The notes under the pieces: generated by a model
Seen by the model: the letters and a program-made list of their open reading frames with translations, nothing else
Databases searched by the model: none
What the model was told of the DNA's origin: nothing
In this document: positions 23,293 through 33,635 of the stretch, in pieces
Position numbering within the stretch: position 1 is the first letter of the stretch
Layout: each line of letters starts with the position of its first letter
Origin: a virus
Taxonomy: Duplodnaviria > Caudoviricetes
DNA length: 64,000 nt
Reading direction: 5' to 3' (one strand)
IMG/VR virus record: IMGVR_UViG_2700989099_000001
Span: 1 to 64,000 of that record
Made by a program: the position numbers and the translations under genes

Positions 23293-23410
23293 TAAAAAGT
23301 AGAAAAAACAAAAGAAAAGAAGAAAAAAGGAGGGGAATCAGGGAAAAACCCGCAAAAATCCCCAAAAAACCCAGAAAAAAAATCTCTAAAAAATGACTTA
23401 AAAAAAATCT

Positions 23411-23637
23411 GAGTTTTAAATATTTTTTTGAAAAATTTTTTATTCCTCTATCTTGTATATAAAAAATCTAAAAAACCCCACAATATATATGTAATATATA
23501 TGTAATATATTTTGAAAAATTTTCAGAAAATTTGGTCTGGAAATTTTTTTGATTTTAAAATATATTTTTGAAAATATTTTCCTTACTATATCTTGTATTA
23601 TAATTTTTTAAAAAACCCACCATATATAGTATATATA
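23411..23637 (+). repeat. Imperfect ~90-bp direct repeat (140-bp period) containing NrdR-box-like motifs
   Basis: 23411-23500 versus 23551-23637 share TTTTAAA.A...TTTTTGAAAA, TATCTTGTAT and AAAAACCC...ATATATA. Confidence 0.65.
23518..23532. promoter_or_regulatory. Perfect CodY-box consensus
   Basis: AATTTTCAGAAAATT, 15/15 match to AATTTTCWGAAAATT. Confidence 0.5.
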
Positions 23638-24404
23638 ATATGTTATAATTTTTTGTTTGAGGAAAAAGTTTTTGTCTTTTTTGAAATATAACTTTTAAAA
23701 ATTAATAAATGTTGTTTTCGAAATCAAGTTCCAAAAATAATATAATAAGATTATAAAGATATTGTTTTTTAAAAAGTAAAAGTAAGTGTTCATTAACTTT
23801 CACTATACAGAAAATTAAAGCTCAAATATTAGCTTACTTTCAGAGTTAAGAAAATTGAAGCACAAACTTTGAAACTCAAGAGTACTTACTCATACGAGTG
23901 TACGTGTTTAAATACGAAGTAGTACGATTTTGATATCACTTACGTGTATCTAAGTGTGCACTTAAATATTTGTGTGCGTTAGTGTGTACAATAAGAACGG
24001 TAAGTATTGAAGCGTGCATAGTGATGTTTGATTTTTAGTGTGCATTACGTGCGTGTTTTTAAAATTCAGAAATGGCTTAACCACGCTGTTTGCTCTTGGT
24101 CTCGAACACTACGCAATTACTGTGTATGTACGTTAACGTACGGCACTACGGAGGGCAAGATGTACGTAGTGATAACTTAAGTGAGTATGCATACGTGTGT
24201 TTTGAGACCAAAATCGGTATTACTTAGCTTAAGTGTCGTGTGTGTGCGTTTTAAGTGAGTATGTTAGTGTGTGTTTTAGACCAAGATTGCATTGCGCACG
24301 CTTGTAGTGTCGTAGTATATGATGTAAGTCAAATGTATGTGTAGTGTTTCTGACCAAGCTTAAGTGGAATATATAAATAAAGTAAATATGTTTTCTAAAT
24401 AGAC

Positions 24405-24737
24405 TTATCAACAAGCTGTGGATAACTATGAATAAACTGTGGATAACTAAATATAGTAAAATTAGGATTTTACTGTTGCATATTTCAGCTCATAGTCGTA
24501 CATTTTTAGACAATAAACTCATGAGATGCTCTATATTAGAGTTTTTCATATAAATATATGGGGATTTTTGACAGTTTTTTATAGTTTAGACTCAAATTTC
24601 AGATTAGAGTGGAGTTTTTTATACAAATCAGCATGAGTTATACAAAATATTCAGAATTATTTTTACATTCAGATAAATTAGAAAAGTTATCCACAGATTT
24701 TTTAGAGTTATCCACATATTTAAGGAAGTTATCTACA
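24405..24737. promoter_or_regulatory. DnaA-box cluster (right)
   Basis: Perfect TGTGGATAA at 24417 and 24438 and TTATCCACA at 24687 and 24708; one-mismatch boxes at 24405, 24427, 24619, 24638, 24729. Confidence 0.75.
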
Positions 24738-24827
24738 TGTTATGCAATTATGCAATTTATAATGTATGTTTTGATTAAAAATATTATTTACATACTATAT
24801 ATAATAGAATTAAGCTAGCCTTTGAAA

Positions 24828-25196
24828 ATTTTGACTTTCTAATTTTTGAATCCAAACTAAAAAATTTGACTTTCTAATTTTTCATTTCAAACTGAAAAAA
24901 TTTGAGTTTGAAATTTTTGAAACGAGCACCACCCATGAGGTAATAAATTTTGAGTTTCTAATTTTTGAATCGAGCTGGCAACTTTCATTTTCTAATTTTT
25001 GAATCCAAACCAAATTTATTTGTGTTTCAAATTTTTGAAACGAAACTGATTTTATTTGAGATTGGAATTTTTGAAACCAAACCAACTTTCAGAATCGAAT
25101 TTTTAAAACGAAACTCCCATACCCCCATAAACATTGGGATTCAAATTTCTCAAACCAATCCAATTTTATTTCGGATTGGAATTTTTCAAACTAAAC
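24828..25196 (+). repeat. Ten degenerate ~35-bp iteron-like direct repeats, core AATTTTTGAAWCSAAAC
   Basis: Cores at 24841, 24876, 24912, 24960, 24994, 25030, 25066, 25098, 25144, 25180. Confidence 0.8.
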
Positions 25197-25400
25197 GGAC
25201 TTTGAGCTTGACATTCATCAAACAAAATGGTATAATATACACATAACGTAAATTGAAAAGGAGATTTTTCAAATGAGGGTGCTAGTAATTTATCATTCAA
25301 ATTGGAAAGAAACAAAAACAGTCTTTACAGACATCGAAAAAGGATATGAAAGGGTGCGTAATCTTCAACAAGTAGGATATAATGTTGACTATCGCATTGA

Positions 25401-25622
25401 GTGGATTTGAGTATGGATATTCAGAGAGTGAAGGAACTAGTTGGAGAGAATGTCTTTATCATTACACCTGAACGAATAATCGTAAAAGGTACAATTGAAA
25501 CCGTATATGAAGCTTCACGCATGATTCGAGTCTGGATTTATGGAGACATTTATACAGTTTTTAGTGGGGAGATTTTTGAAACGAAGCGGTTAGCTGATGA
25601 ATGGTTAAAGGATAACGCATGA
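25401..25622 (+). CDS. Hypothetical protein
   Basis: ORF in the operon downstream of promoter 25209-25237. Confidence 0.55.
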   Translation: MDLSMDIQRVKELVGENVFIITPERIIVKGTIETVYEASRMIRVWIYGDIYTVFSGEIFETKRLADEWLKDNA

Positions 25623-25764
25623 AAAAGAATATTAAACATAAAGTAGTGTCTTGCACAATGTGTGAGAAAGAATTTTGGGTCAATAAAAACATAATGCAAG
25701 GGCTCAGGATAGTAGTAGATGAACATTTGTGTTTGCAATGTGGTAAAGTAGTAGGAGGTTTGAA

Positions 25765-26346
25765 ATGAAACACAATCCAAAAATAGTATTATTTATTTCT
25801 CGAAACAAAGATAATAAAAATGTTGAAGGATTTAAACAACGGTCACAAACATTTTTAACAAGCAAACAATATAATTCTCTCGAAGATAGATTAGACATAT
25901 TAAAAGATTTCGATAATTTTGTAGATAAAGGTGTTCTCGGAGAAACTTCAAGATTGTATATGTCAATCAATGAACGTGATTCGAAGAAAGTAAATAACAA
26001 ATTAATTCACTATCTAATTGACCATCCTGAAATAAATCCAGCAAGTATTCCATCTAAATCAGCTAGCTTGGCACAATCTATTGAGTGTTCTTTAACTAAG
26101 AAGTGGCTATTTGATTTTGATAATGATGATTATAAAAAGATGCTTGAGTTCGAGGAAGACATTCATAAAATAATTAACGGTGATAAAAGTGAAATTGTTC
26201 ATTATGAAACAATGAATGGTTATGCGGTAATTGTGCCTCATGGATTTGATACTAGATATTTGTTAGCAAAATGGAACAAAGAAGAAACTATCGTAGAGGT
26301 TAAACGTGACGGAATGTTATTACTAGATTGGAACAGAAATGTTTAA
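25765..26346 (+). CDS. Hypothetical protein with DxD and T.NG motifs (possible AEP/prim-pol-like fold)
   Basis: WLFDFDND and ETMNGYAVI; GGAGG RBS; fold call tentative. Confidence 0.6.
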   Translation: MKHNPKIVLFISRNKDNKNVEGFKQRSQTFLTSKQYNSLEDRLDILKDFDNFVDKGVLGETSRLYMSINERDSKKVNNKLIHYLIDHPEINPASIPSKSASLAQSIECSLTKKWLFDFDNDDYKKMLEFEEDIHKIINGDKSEIVHYETMNGYAVIVPHGFDTRYLLAKWNKEETIVEVKRDGMLLLDWNRNV

Positions 26347-28716
26347 GAAAAGAATTACTAGATTAATTACAGTCATCGTATCTTATTTGTTGCTTATTGG
26401 AACATATTGGATATACCCAACAATACATATGGGAAATAATATTTTTAAAAACATCACAATTCTTCTAATAGGTCAGCCTATTTTGTTTATGTTTCTAATA
26501 GCATTCAATACTTTTATCATTGCATTCCTTGTATTCATTGCGTGTGTAATTATATATCAAATTTTCACATGGATAATGAAAGGAAATTAATAATGTATAA
26601 TAGAAAATATTTACGTGAATTATACAAAGATGATAGTGAAAGTTATATGTATGATGACAAACGCTATAATCAAGATGGAGAAATTGAAGAGTATGGCTTC
26701 TCTATGATGGAAACATGGAATCTTGATACATCATTAGTTGAATTACTATATGAACGCTTGATGCGATACAAAACTCAAACAATGGTAAATTTAGAATTTC
26801 ATACAGAGTGGGAAGATAAAGAACTGAACGGCATGACTCAATTGGAAGTTATTAACTATCTTATCGAACTGTGTAAAGACTATCTATTAGACGATGATTT
26901 TATCACAGGCGGACGAGACACCAAGAATAAGAAAATTTGGAAAGTATGGACAGTGCTTTCTCCTGCAATGTGGTGGTAATCATAATTTAATATTAGAGGT
27001 GTTGACATAACACCTCTTTTTTGGTATAATAGTATTATAGAAAGTGAGGGAAGTAAATGAAAGTTATAAAAAATACAAATGAATATTATTTAGTCACAGT
27101 AAGAAACAATAATTATCAAGAAGAATATTCTGTTCGATTATCAGATTTAGAGAGTGTAAAAGAAAAAATTGATTATTGCAAACTTATGTGTGAAGAAGTC
27201 TTAAAAGTAGAATTAATCACAGCAACAGAAACATCCAGAGAGATAGAAGGTTTATTATGAAAACGAACAAAGGACGTAAAGAAATCCGTAAACATTTTAC
27301 ACAAATGAATGAGCAAGAACTTGAAATTGTGAAGAATAAAATCAAAAGTAGTGTAAATGGGGATGTAAACTCTGTAAACATAGTTCCTCATGCATTTGAT
27401 AATCTTTTTAAAAGACTACGAAAAGGCAGAGATATCAACACTTACAAAGTCATGCTGGCTCAGACTTTGATTGATTTTACTCCAATTGAGTTTAAACGTA
27501 TTTACAATGGTGTAAACTTAGTGGAAGAGCGCTCTGTTTTGCGTGGTAATCGACTTGTAAATGAAGAATCTATCGTCTTGGTATATAGTATTACTCACCG
27601 TAAGATTATTACAGTATGGATAAATTCATTAAATGATATGCATAGCACTTTAGATACCAATCTTTATGATTCTGAAATGGTCATTTATTAAGGAGAGATG
27701 GTAATAAGATGGTAAAGGAAAATGGTTATGTAGTATATAAAACATGGTATCCTAAGATATTTGGATTTACATATTTTATAATTAGAGATAGGAATATTTA
27801 CAATGAAGAATTGTTAAAAGATACTACCCCCATTATCTACACAGATGATTTTGACATAGCAACAAATATCGTAAGAAGACTTAGAGAAGAATATAAAAGA
27901 AGCTAGGAGAAAACATGGTGGTGAGCTAGTGGAAGAAGTAAAGGTAGAAAATCCAGTAGAAAGAACGAAAGAATCAACACAAGATTTCTTAGACTTAACT
28001 AAAAAAACAAGGAAAGGCAATAGAAAATGATTGAAAAATGGTATGTTGTTAAAGTTTCAGAAGAAAATAAGAAAAAATATCATGCACCAAATAATTTTAC
28101 AGTGTTTCCATGTAATTATATTTTTGACCAAGCTATTAAGCGCTTAGGAGATACAGTCGTTTTAATTACACCAAGCAAAGACATAGCAGAAAGAACAAAG
28201 AAAGCACTAAATGAACAATTGCGAGAGTAGGGCAATTAAAAGCAGAAATCAATAAAAAATATCACTTAATGCTTGATAAAAAAATAATATTTTGATATAA
28301 TAATATGTATAGAAATAAAGGAGAACTAACACATGGTAGTTAAATTAACACAAAAACAAGATGATTATCTTAAAACTTTTGGAAGACAAAAAAACTTGGC
28401 TTTCTATTATATTTCTAGTTGGGGCTGGGATTATCCTCTTAAAGATGGTACAGAAAAAACTTACAAAGATAACGAAGAAAAACCATTTAATCTTGATGAA
28501 AAAGAAAAAATGCTAAATGCTCTAATTAACGGTTATGAAGTTGATGAACCTAAATATAAATTTTATACATGTCGTGAAACCTCATATCTGCCTTTATACT
28601 ATTCTGGAAAGCATAATGCATTAACACTATGTGAAGATAAAGCTCTTGAATTTGAAAAAGGAAGTAAAGGATATTTAGCTTTAGAATATTTAGGTTTTTG
28701 TAAAGAAAAAGCATGA
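26339..28716 (+). CDS. Run of hypothetical ORFs (26339 membrane protein, ~26593-26979, 27057, 27257, 27709, 28027, 28333)
   Basis: Contiguous ORFs with RBS and promoters. Confidence 0.6.
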
Positions 28717-28819
28717 TAAAATCTTTTTTTTGATTTTGAATTAAATTGTGAGTTGTCTATTGACAATTCGCTTTTTTTATGATATAATTTATATATATGA
28801 AAATTGAAAGAGGTGTTAA

Positions 28820-29419
28820 ATGGCAAATGTACTACTAGATATGGATAACACACTAACTCGTGTAGATGTTATTCTTGATAGAATGTCAAATGTTTTCCAG
28901 AAAGATATTGTCTCAGCAGACAAACTAGAATCATTCAAATTAGCTAAAGCATTTGATGTAACAGAAGAACAAGAAAAGTTCTTCTGGGAACATTATGGCT
29001 ATGAGGTAATTGAAAAGAGTGAACCGAACGAAAAAGTAATTGAATCATTATTTAAAAATGTTATTAAGAGTGATGATAAGGTTTATATTATTACAGCTCG
29101 TCCAGAATCACAAAGAATAATTACAGAGGATTGGATAAGTAGATTTAAAATTCCACATTCAGACTTAATTTTAACTGGGAATCACTCTAAAATTCAACAC
29201 ATTGAAAATCTTATGCTAGATACAATAATCGATGATAATCCAACATTATTTGAAGAAATAGAATCGGTTCCTAAAGTTTTTCCTAATTCTTTTATATCTC
29301 AGATTGTTCAAGATAAAACAATTAAGCGTTATGCGGTAGATTTTAACTATAACAAAGATTCATTAGTTGAATATCGAATTAATAGAGATACAGGGGAGAT
29401 AACGAATGGTATTAATTAA
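28820..29419 (+). CDS. HAD-family 5'(3')-deoxyribonucleotidase-like protein
   Basis: LLDMDNTL motif I, YIITAR motif II, K...IIDDNP motifs III/IV. Confidence 0.8.
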   Translation: MANVLLDMDNTLTRVDVILDRMSNVFQKDIVSADKLESFKLAKAFDVTEEQEKFFWEHYGYEVIEKSEPNEKVIESLFKNVIKSDDKVYIITARPESQRIITEDWISRFKIPHSDLILTGNHSKIQHIENLMLDTIIDDNPTLFEEIESVPKVFPNSFISQIVQDKTIKRYAVDFNYNKDSLVEYRINRDTGEITNGIN

Positions 29420-29801
29420 ACTTAATGAATTAAAACGAAAAACAATTAAAGAAATCAATGCTTTAGAGTCAGAGATTTTACCATATGACGTTGTTAAATT
29501 TATTTCAGGCTCTTTCCATATTTCAATCCAAGAAGTAGTTGAGGCACACCAAAGTGGGAGAATGTTAGTAACTAAAAATAAGAAATTATTTGCATCATTT
29601 TTATTTGAAGAGTGGATGAGTGCCATAGGTATTAGTAAAGATGAAGACTCAACACAAGATAATTTCATAAAAATTGTTTGGTATGACTTTGTTTTTGTTG
29701 ACGACCATGAACATGTATTAAGGTATTCAGAAAGTGAATTAGGTATTAATGATGATACACTACTCCATATCTTCTATGAAGGAAAAGGAGATGAAAAATG
29801 A
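29406..29801 (+). CDS. Hypothetical protein
   Basis: Overlaps both neighbours; RBS GGGGAG. Confidence 0.6.
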   Translation: MVLIKLNELKRKTIKEINALESEILPYDVVKFISGSFHISIQEVVEAHQSGRMLVTKNKKLFASFLFEEWMSAIGISKDEDSTQDNFIKIVWYDFVFVDDHEHVLRYSESELGINDDTLLHIFYEGKGDEK

Positions 29802-30556
29802 ATATAAAAGAAGAATACAGAAAAGGTAGTATCCTAGTTTTAGGATTCAGTGATTCTAATATTCTAAAAGATTTAGATAATGAGTCTAATGCATTGTTTG
29901 GGGTGTCTTTTGATTCAAAGGCAGTTCAAGACGCATATAACGAAGGGTTTTATAATGTTTTTGATTATAACATCACTAATATTAATAAGTTATTCTCGGA
30001 CGGATTGTTTGATACAATTATCCTTGACCGAGCTTTATATAAAGTATTTACTTTGAATCAAAACCAAGGTGTATCTAAAAGTGCAACAACTGGTGCTAAG
30101 AAAGCTATCATCATGATGTCTCAGATTTGGGGACTGTTAAAAGATGATGGTATTGTACTTATTCAAGATTCAATGAAACCAGTTACAAGTTTTAGATATG
30201 ATGCAGTATCTTATGTCCCTACAGAGAAATTTGAAGATTACTTAACAGATGTTAAAGAGACTGAAAATGTTGTTAAGTTGGGAGAACCACAAAATACTAG
30301 AGAAGCACTAACGTTGGTAGACTTCTTACACTTTGGTAAAGGTTATGTCGAACATACTATCGGTGTGCAGTATATGCCATTTGATTTACAAGAAATTCAA
30401 TACTATTTAGATTTAGTAGGATTTGAAATCATCAAAGCATCTACAAATGTTGATAAAGAACTTCTTGAATTTTCACGTGAAGTCCAGTATTATAATTTGA
30501 GTCATGAAAATATTTTTCCAAATACAGAATATATTTTAAAACTAAGAAAAAAATGA
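29798..30556 (+). CDS. Class I SAM-methyltransferase-like fold protein, degenerate motif I
   Basis: ILVLGFS, GVSFD, FSDGLFDTII, LLKDDGIVLIQD pattern; lacks a canonical GxGxG. Confidence 0.5.
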   Translation: MNIKEEYRKGSILVLGFSDSNILKDLDNESNALFGVSFDSKAVQDAYNEGFYNVFDYNITNINKLFSDGLFDTIILDRALYKVFTLNQNQGVSKSATTGAKKAIIMMSQIWGLLKDDGIVLIQDSMKPVTSFRYDAVSYVPTEKFEDYLTDVKETENVVKLGEPQNTREALTLVDFLHFGKGYVEHTIGVQYMPFDLQEIQYYLDLVGFEIIKASTNVDKELLEFSREVQYYNLSHENIFPNTEYILKLRKK

Positions 30557-30661
30557 GTAAGTTATCAATTAACTTGCTCTTTTTTCTTTTTTATGGTATA
30601 ATAATATATGTTACAGGGAAATAACAATCGTTGAGTTCTTACGAACAGATAGGAGATTTTA

Positions 30662-31708
30662 ATGACAAACTATGACAAAACCTTTATGCTTGGTGCAGGT
30701 CAAGGCTCATCTCAAAAAACAAGTAATGAATATATTATCATTCATGATACAGCTAATGACAACAATCAAGGAGACAATAGTGCATATAACGAAGCTAGCT
30801 ATATGCACAACAACTGGCAAAATGCATACACACATGCAATTGCTGGGTGGGATAGAGTATATTTGGTAGGAGAAGCTGGATATGTTGCTTACGGTGCTGG
30901 TAATGTAGCAAACAGTCGTGCGCCTTTCCAAATTGAATTATCACATTATTCAGACCCAGTTAAACAAAGACAATCTTATGTTAACTACGTAAATGCTATT
31001 CGTGAATATGCAAATAAATTTGGTATTCCATTGACACTTGATGGTGGAGGAAAAGGTATCAAATCTCATAAATGGGTATCTGATAATATTTGGGGAGACC
31101 ATCAAGACCCTTACGGTTACTTGGCACGTATTGGCATTTCAAAAAACCAATTGGCTAACGACTTGGCTCATGGCGTAGGTGGAACAGCTCCTGCTCCAGC
31201 ACCAAAACCAGCATCAGCCCCTGCTCCAAAACCAAAACCAAAACCAAGCAAACCTGCTCAAAAGGTACAAACTAATGTAGTATATGGATTGCATCAAAAA
31301 GGTGGAGGTTGGTTAGGAGAAATCACTAACTTCAACAACAGTAACTCTAGTGGTTTTGCTGGGTTACCAAGTAATAAACATGACTTGCTCTATATGCGAG
31401 TAACTCATGGTTCATTAAAATATCGAGTACACACTATCGAAGATGGATGGCTCGGTTGGGTAACAAATGGTAATAAGAATGATACTGTTAATGGATGTGC
31501 TGGTATTTCTGGTCACACTATTGATGGCGTACAAGCTTATTTCTACACACCTAGTGGTGAAGTATATCAACAAGCTCATTATCGGTCACAAACCGCTAAA
31601 CGTGCAGGTTGGTTAGCTCCAGTAGTTGACGATTCAGACTTTGCAGGTATCTTTGGAGAACCTTTAGATAGATTGCAAGTAGCAATTAGTAATACAAACC
31701 CATTCTAA
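30662..31708 (+). CDS. Endolysin: N-acetylmuramoyl-L-alanine amidase (Amidase_2) with PA/PK linker and C-terminal cell-wall-binding region
   Basis: [31 protein letters not shown]; W-rich C-terminal repeats (GWLGWV, GWLAPV). Confidence 0.9.
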   Translation: MTNYDKTFMLGAGQGSSQKTSNEYIIIHDTANDNNQGDNSAYNEASYMHNNWQNAYTHAIAGWDRVYLVGEAGYVAYGAGNVANSRAPFQIELSHYSDPVKQRQSYVNYVNAIREYANKFGIPLTLDGGGKGIKSHKWVSDNIWGDHQDPYGYLARIGISKNQLANDLAHGVGGTAPAPAPKPASAPAPKPKPKPSKPAQKVQTNVVYGLHQKGGGWLGEITNFNNSNSSGFAGLPSNKHDLLYMRVTHGSLKYRVHTIEDGWLGWVTNGNKNDTVNGCAGISGHTIDGVQAYFYTPSGEVYQQAHYRSQTAKRAGWLAPVVDDSDFAGIFGEPLDRLQVAISNTNPF

Positions 31709-31898
31709 ATGGCGAATTAAGTATACCTTCAAGTGTGCTTTTTCGAGACACAATAGTTATTAATATTAGAGTTCTACCCAGTTGAATATTGGGGTTCATT
31801 CAAATAAGAATAAAAAAAAGAGATATTTTATCTCTTTTTTCTTGACTTTTATTTCAGATTATGATATAATAATAATATAACATAATTAAGAAAGGAGT

Positions 31899-32132
31899 TT
31901 GAACGCAGTGCTAATTTTTAACAAAGGTGATTTTAAGAAACAGATGCGTATCTTAGGACTTACACAAGAAGATATACTTGAAATTATTTATGCTCAGTAT
32001 GGCATTGAGCTATCAAGAGGAACTTTTAGCAAAGTTATAAATGGAAGTGTGCATTGGAAGCTAGAATTGGCAATGGCTGTATCAGAAATTTTAGATGTTG
32101 AAGTGAACGAATTATTTAAGTTAAAAAAATAA
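31899..32132 (+). CDS. XRE/Cro-like HTH regulator
   Basis: GLTQED...LSRGTFSKVING...LAMAVSEILDVEVNELF. Confidence 0.8.
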   Translation: MNAVLIFNKGDFKKQMRILGLTQEDILEIIYAQYGIELSRGTFSKVINGSVHWKLELAMAVSEILDVEVNELFKLKK

Positions 32133-32230
32133 TTTAAAAAAAATAACATTATACTTGACAAATGAATTTTAATTTGATATAATAGTTATGTTGTCAAAAT
32201 AAAACCTAAGAATAAAAGGAGTCCAAAGAA

Positions 32231-33433
32231 ATGGCTAAGAAACAAGAAGAAAAAATCCTGAACCAAACAAAAGGAACGTTCCGCCTCATCGGTAAAATTA
32301 CTGGAACAGAGCGTGATAATTTCTTTACATCACGTATCCTCGAACGAGGAAAAATGAAAGGTAAAGAAATGCGTTCACTTCGATTTGGAGTAAAGACTTC
32401 TAATCAACAAACAGTTTACGTTCAAATGACAGGATATGAACCAGAGACTGTTTACTTGTGGAACACTAAAGAAAAAGACAAGTCTAAACGTAGTTCTAAA
32501 ATGAGTTATGACGACTATCTTGACCAAAAAGAAGCTTTGGAAGAAGATGGAATTATTACACTTGATTCAACAGTTGGTCTTACAGAAGCAGGTAAAGATG
32601 CGCCACGTGTACATGATACAAAATTTGATAACGTTGCTCTTGCAGAAGAGTTGCTTGAAAATGGCATGACAGTAATGGTTACTGGTACATTGGGGCGTGG
32701 AGAGTATGAAAAAAATGGAACAGTAGTTCAAACTCAAAATTTTGATGTTCAATCAATTCTGTTATATGACCGTGAACTTGATTTTGATAGTCCTAAATTT
32801 AAAGAGTCTGCATACTTCACAGAAGAATTTGTACTTTTTGATACAGACTACCAAAAAGGTGACGAACAAATTACAGTAACTGGTAAAACCATTAACTATG
32901 CCCAAAAAACTTTTCCAGTTTCATATGCATTATCTTGGGAAAAAGACTTGAATAATCCATTTGTTAATTACGAATCAATGTCAGATGAAGAAAAAGCAGA
33001 AGCTGATAAAGAAATTGATGCACAAGTTAAAATGAAACAAGGAATGGCTAGTGCATTTAAAAAAGTTAAATTTGGCTCACTTCTTAAAATTGAGGGTAAT
33101 ATCATTAACCGTGCAGTTGTAGTTGATGAAGAACCTGAGGAAGACGACCTCCTTGCTCAAATGCGTGGTAATGCTCGTAAGGTTACGAACTACATTTCAT
33201 TGTTAAGTATTGAGGGTACTGACAAACATGAATCTGCTAAGTATACAGAGGACGACTTCATGAAAGCTCTTGAACAATCTGAGTTAGTCACATCTGACTC
33301 TAAGAAAGATGATGATGAAGGAGATGACCTTGGCGGACTTCGTGGTAAAGGTAAATCTGCAAGTAAAGAGTTTGATGAAGAAGCTTTTGGTTCAGACCCA
33401 ATGGAAATTTCAGATGATGACCTTCCATTCTAA
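32231..33433 (+). CDS. Putative single-stranded DNA-binding protein
   Basis: Beta-rich OB-like body, acidic tail ending ISDDDLPF, first gene of the replication module. Confidence 0.7.
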   Translation: MAKKQEEKILNQTKGTFRLIGKITGTERDNFFTSRILERGKMKGKEMRSLRFGVKTSNQQTVYVQMTGYEPETVYLWNTKEKDKSKRSSKMSYDDYLDQKEALEEDGIITLDSTVGLTEAGKDAPRVHDTKFDNVALAEELLENGMTVMVTGTLGRGEYEKNGTVVQTQNFDVQSILLYDRELDFDSPKFKESAYFTEEFVLFDTDYQKGDEQITVTGKTINYAQKTFPVSYALSWEKDLNNPFVNYESMSDEEKAEADKEIDAQVKMKQGMASAFKKVKFGSLLKIEGNIINRAVVVDEEPEEDDLLAQMRGNARKVTNYISLLSIEGTDKHESAKYTEDDFMKALEQSELVTSDSKKDDDEGDDLGGLRGKGKSASKEFDEEAFGSDPMEISDDDLPF

Positions 33434-33458
33434 TTAAGAGGAAAATGAGGAACATTAA

Positions 33459-33629
33459 ATGAACATTAAAAATAAGAAACAACTTGTCGCACTTTGGAAT
33501 CAATTAGTTGATGAACAAGGTCTCATTAGGGTTTTTGAAAGTGGAGAACTTGGTGTTGAAACCAACAAGTTGCGTTACGATAAAGATAATTCACTTGTCG
33601 TAATTGCACCAACAGAGAATGGAGAGTAG
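33459..33629 (+). CDS. 56-aa hypothetical protein (not in ORF track)
   Basis: GAGG RBS; MNIKNKKQLVALWNQ...ENGE*; fills the gap in the operon. Confidence 0.6.
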   Translation: MNIKNKKQLVALWNQLVDEQGLIRVFESGELGVETNKLRYDKDNSLVVIAPTENGE

Positions 33630-33635
33630 AATTAA

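Noticed and set aside
24176-24366. Mini-CRISPR suggested by GTTTTAGA/GTTTTGAGA motifs about 73 bp apart
   Set aside because: Only about 14 nt shared, three copies, no full 30-36-nt repeat
24828-25196. CRISPR array
   Set aside because: Repeats are short, degenerate and nearly contiguous; intervening bases are themselves semi-conserved rather than unique spacers; no cas genes
24229-25246. ORFs 24229-24414, 24609-24818, 24882-25085, 24965-25246
   Set aside because: Translations of DnaA boxes and repeats; no RBS; atypical composition
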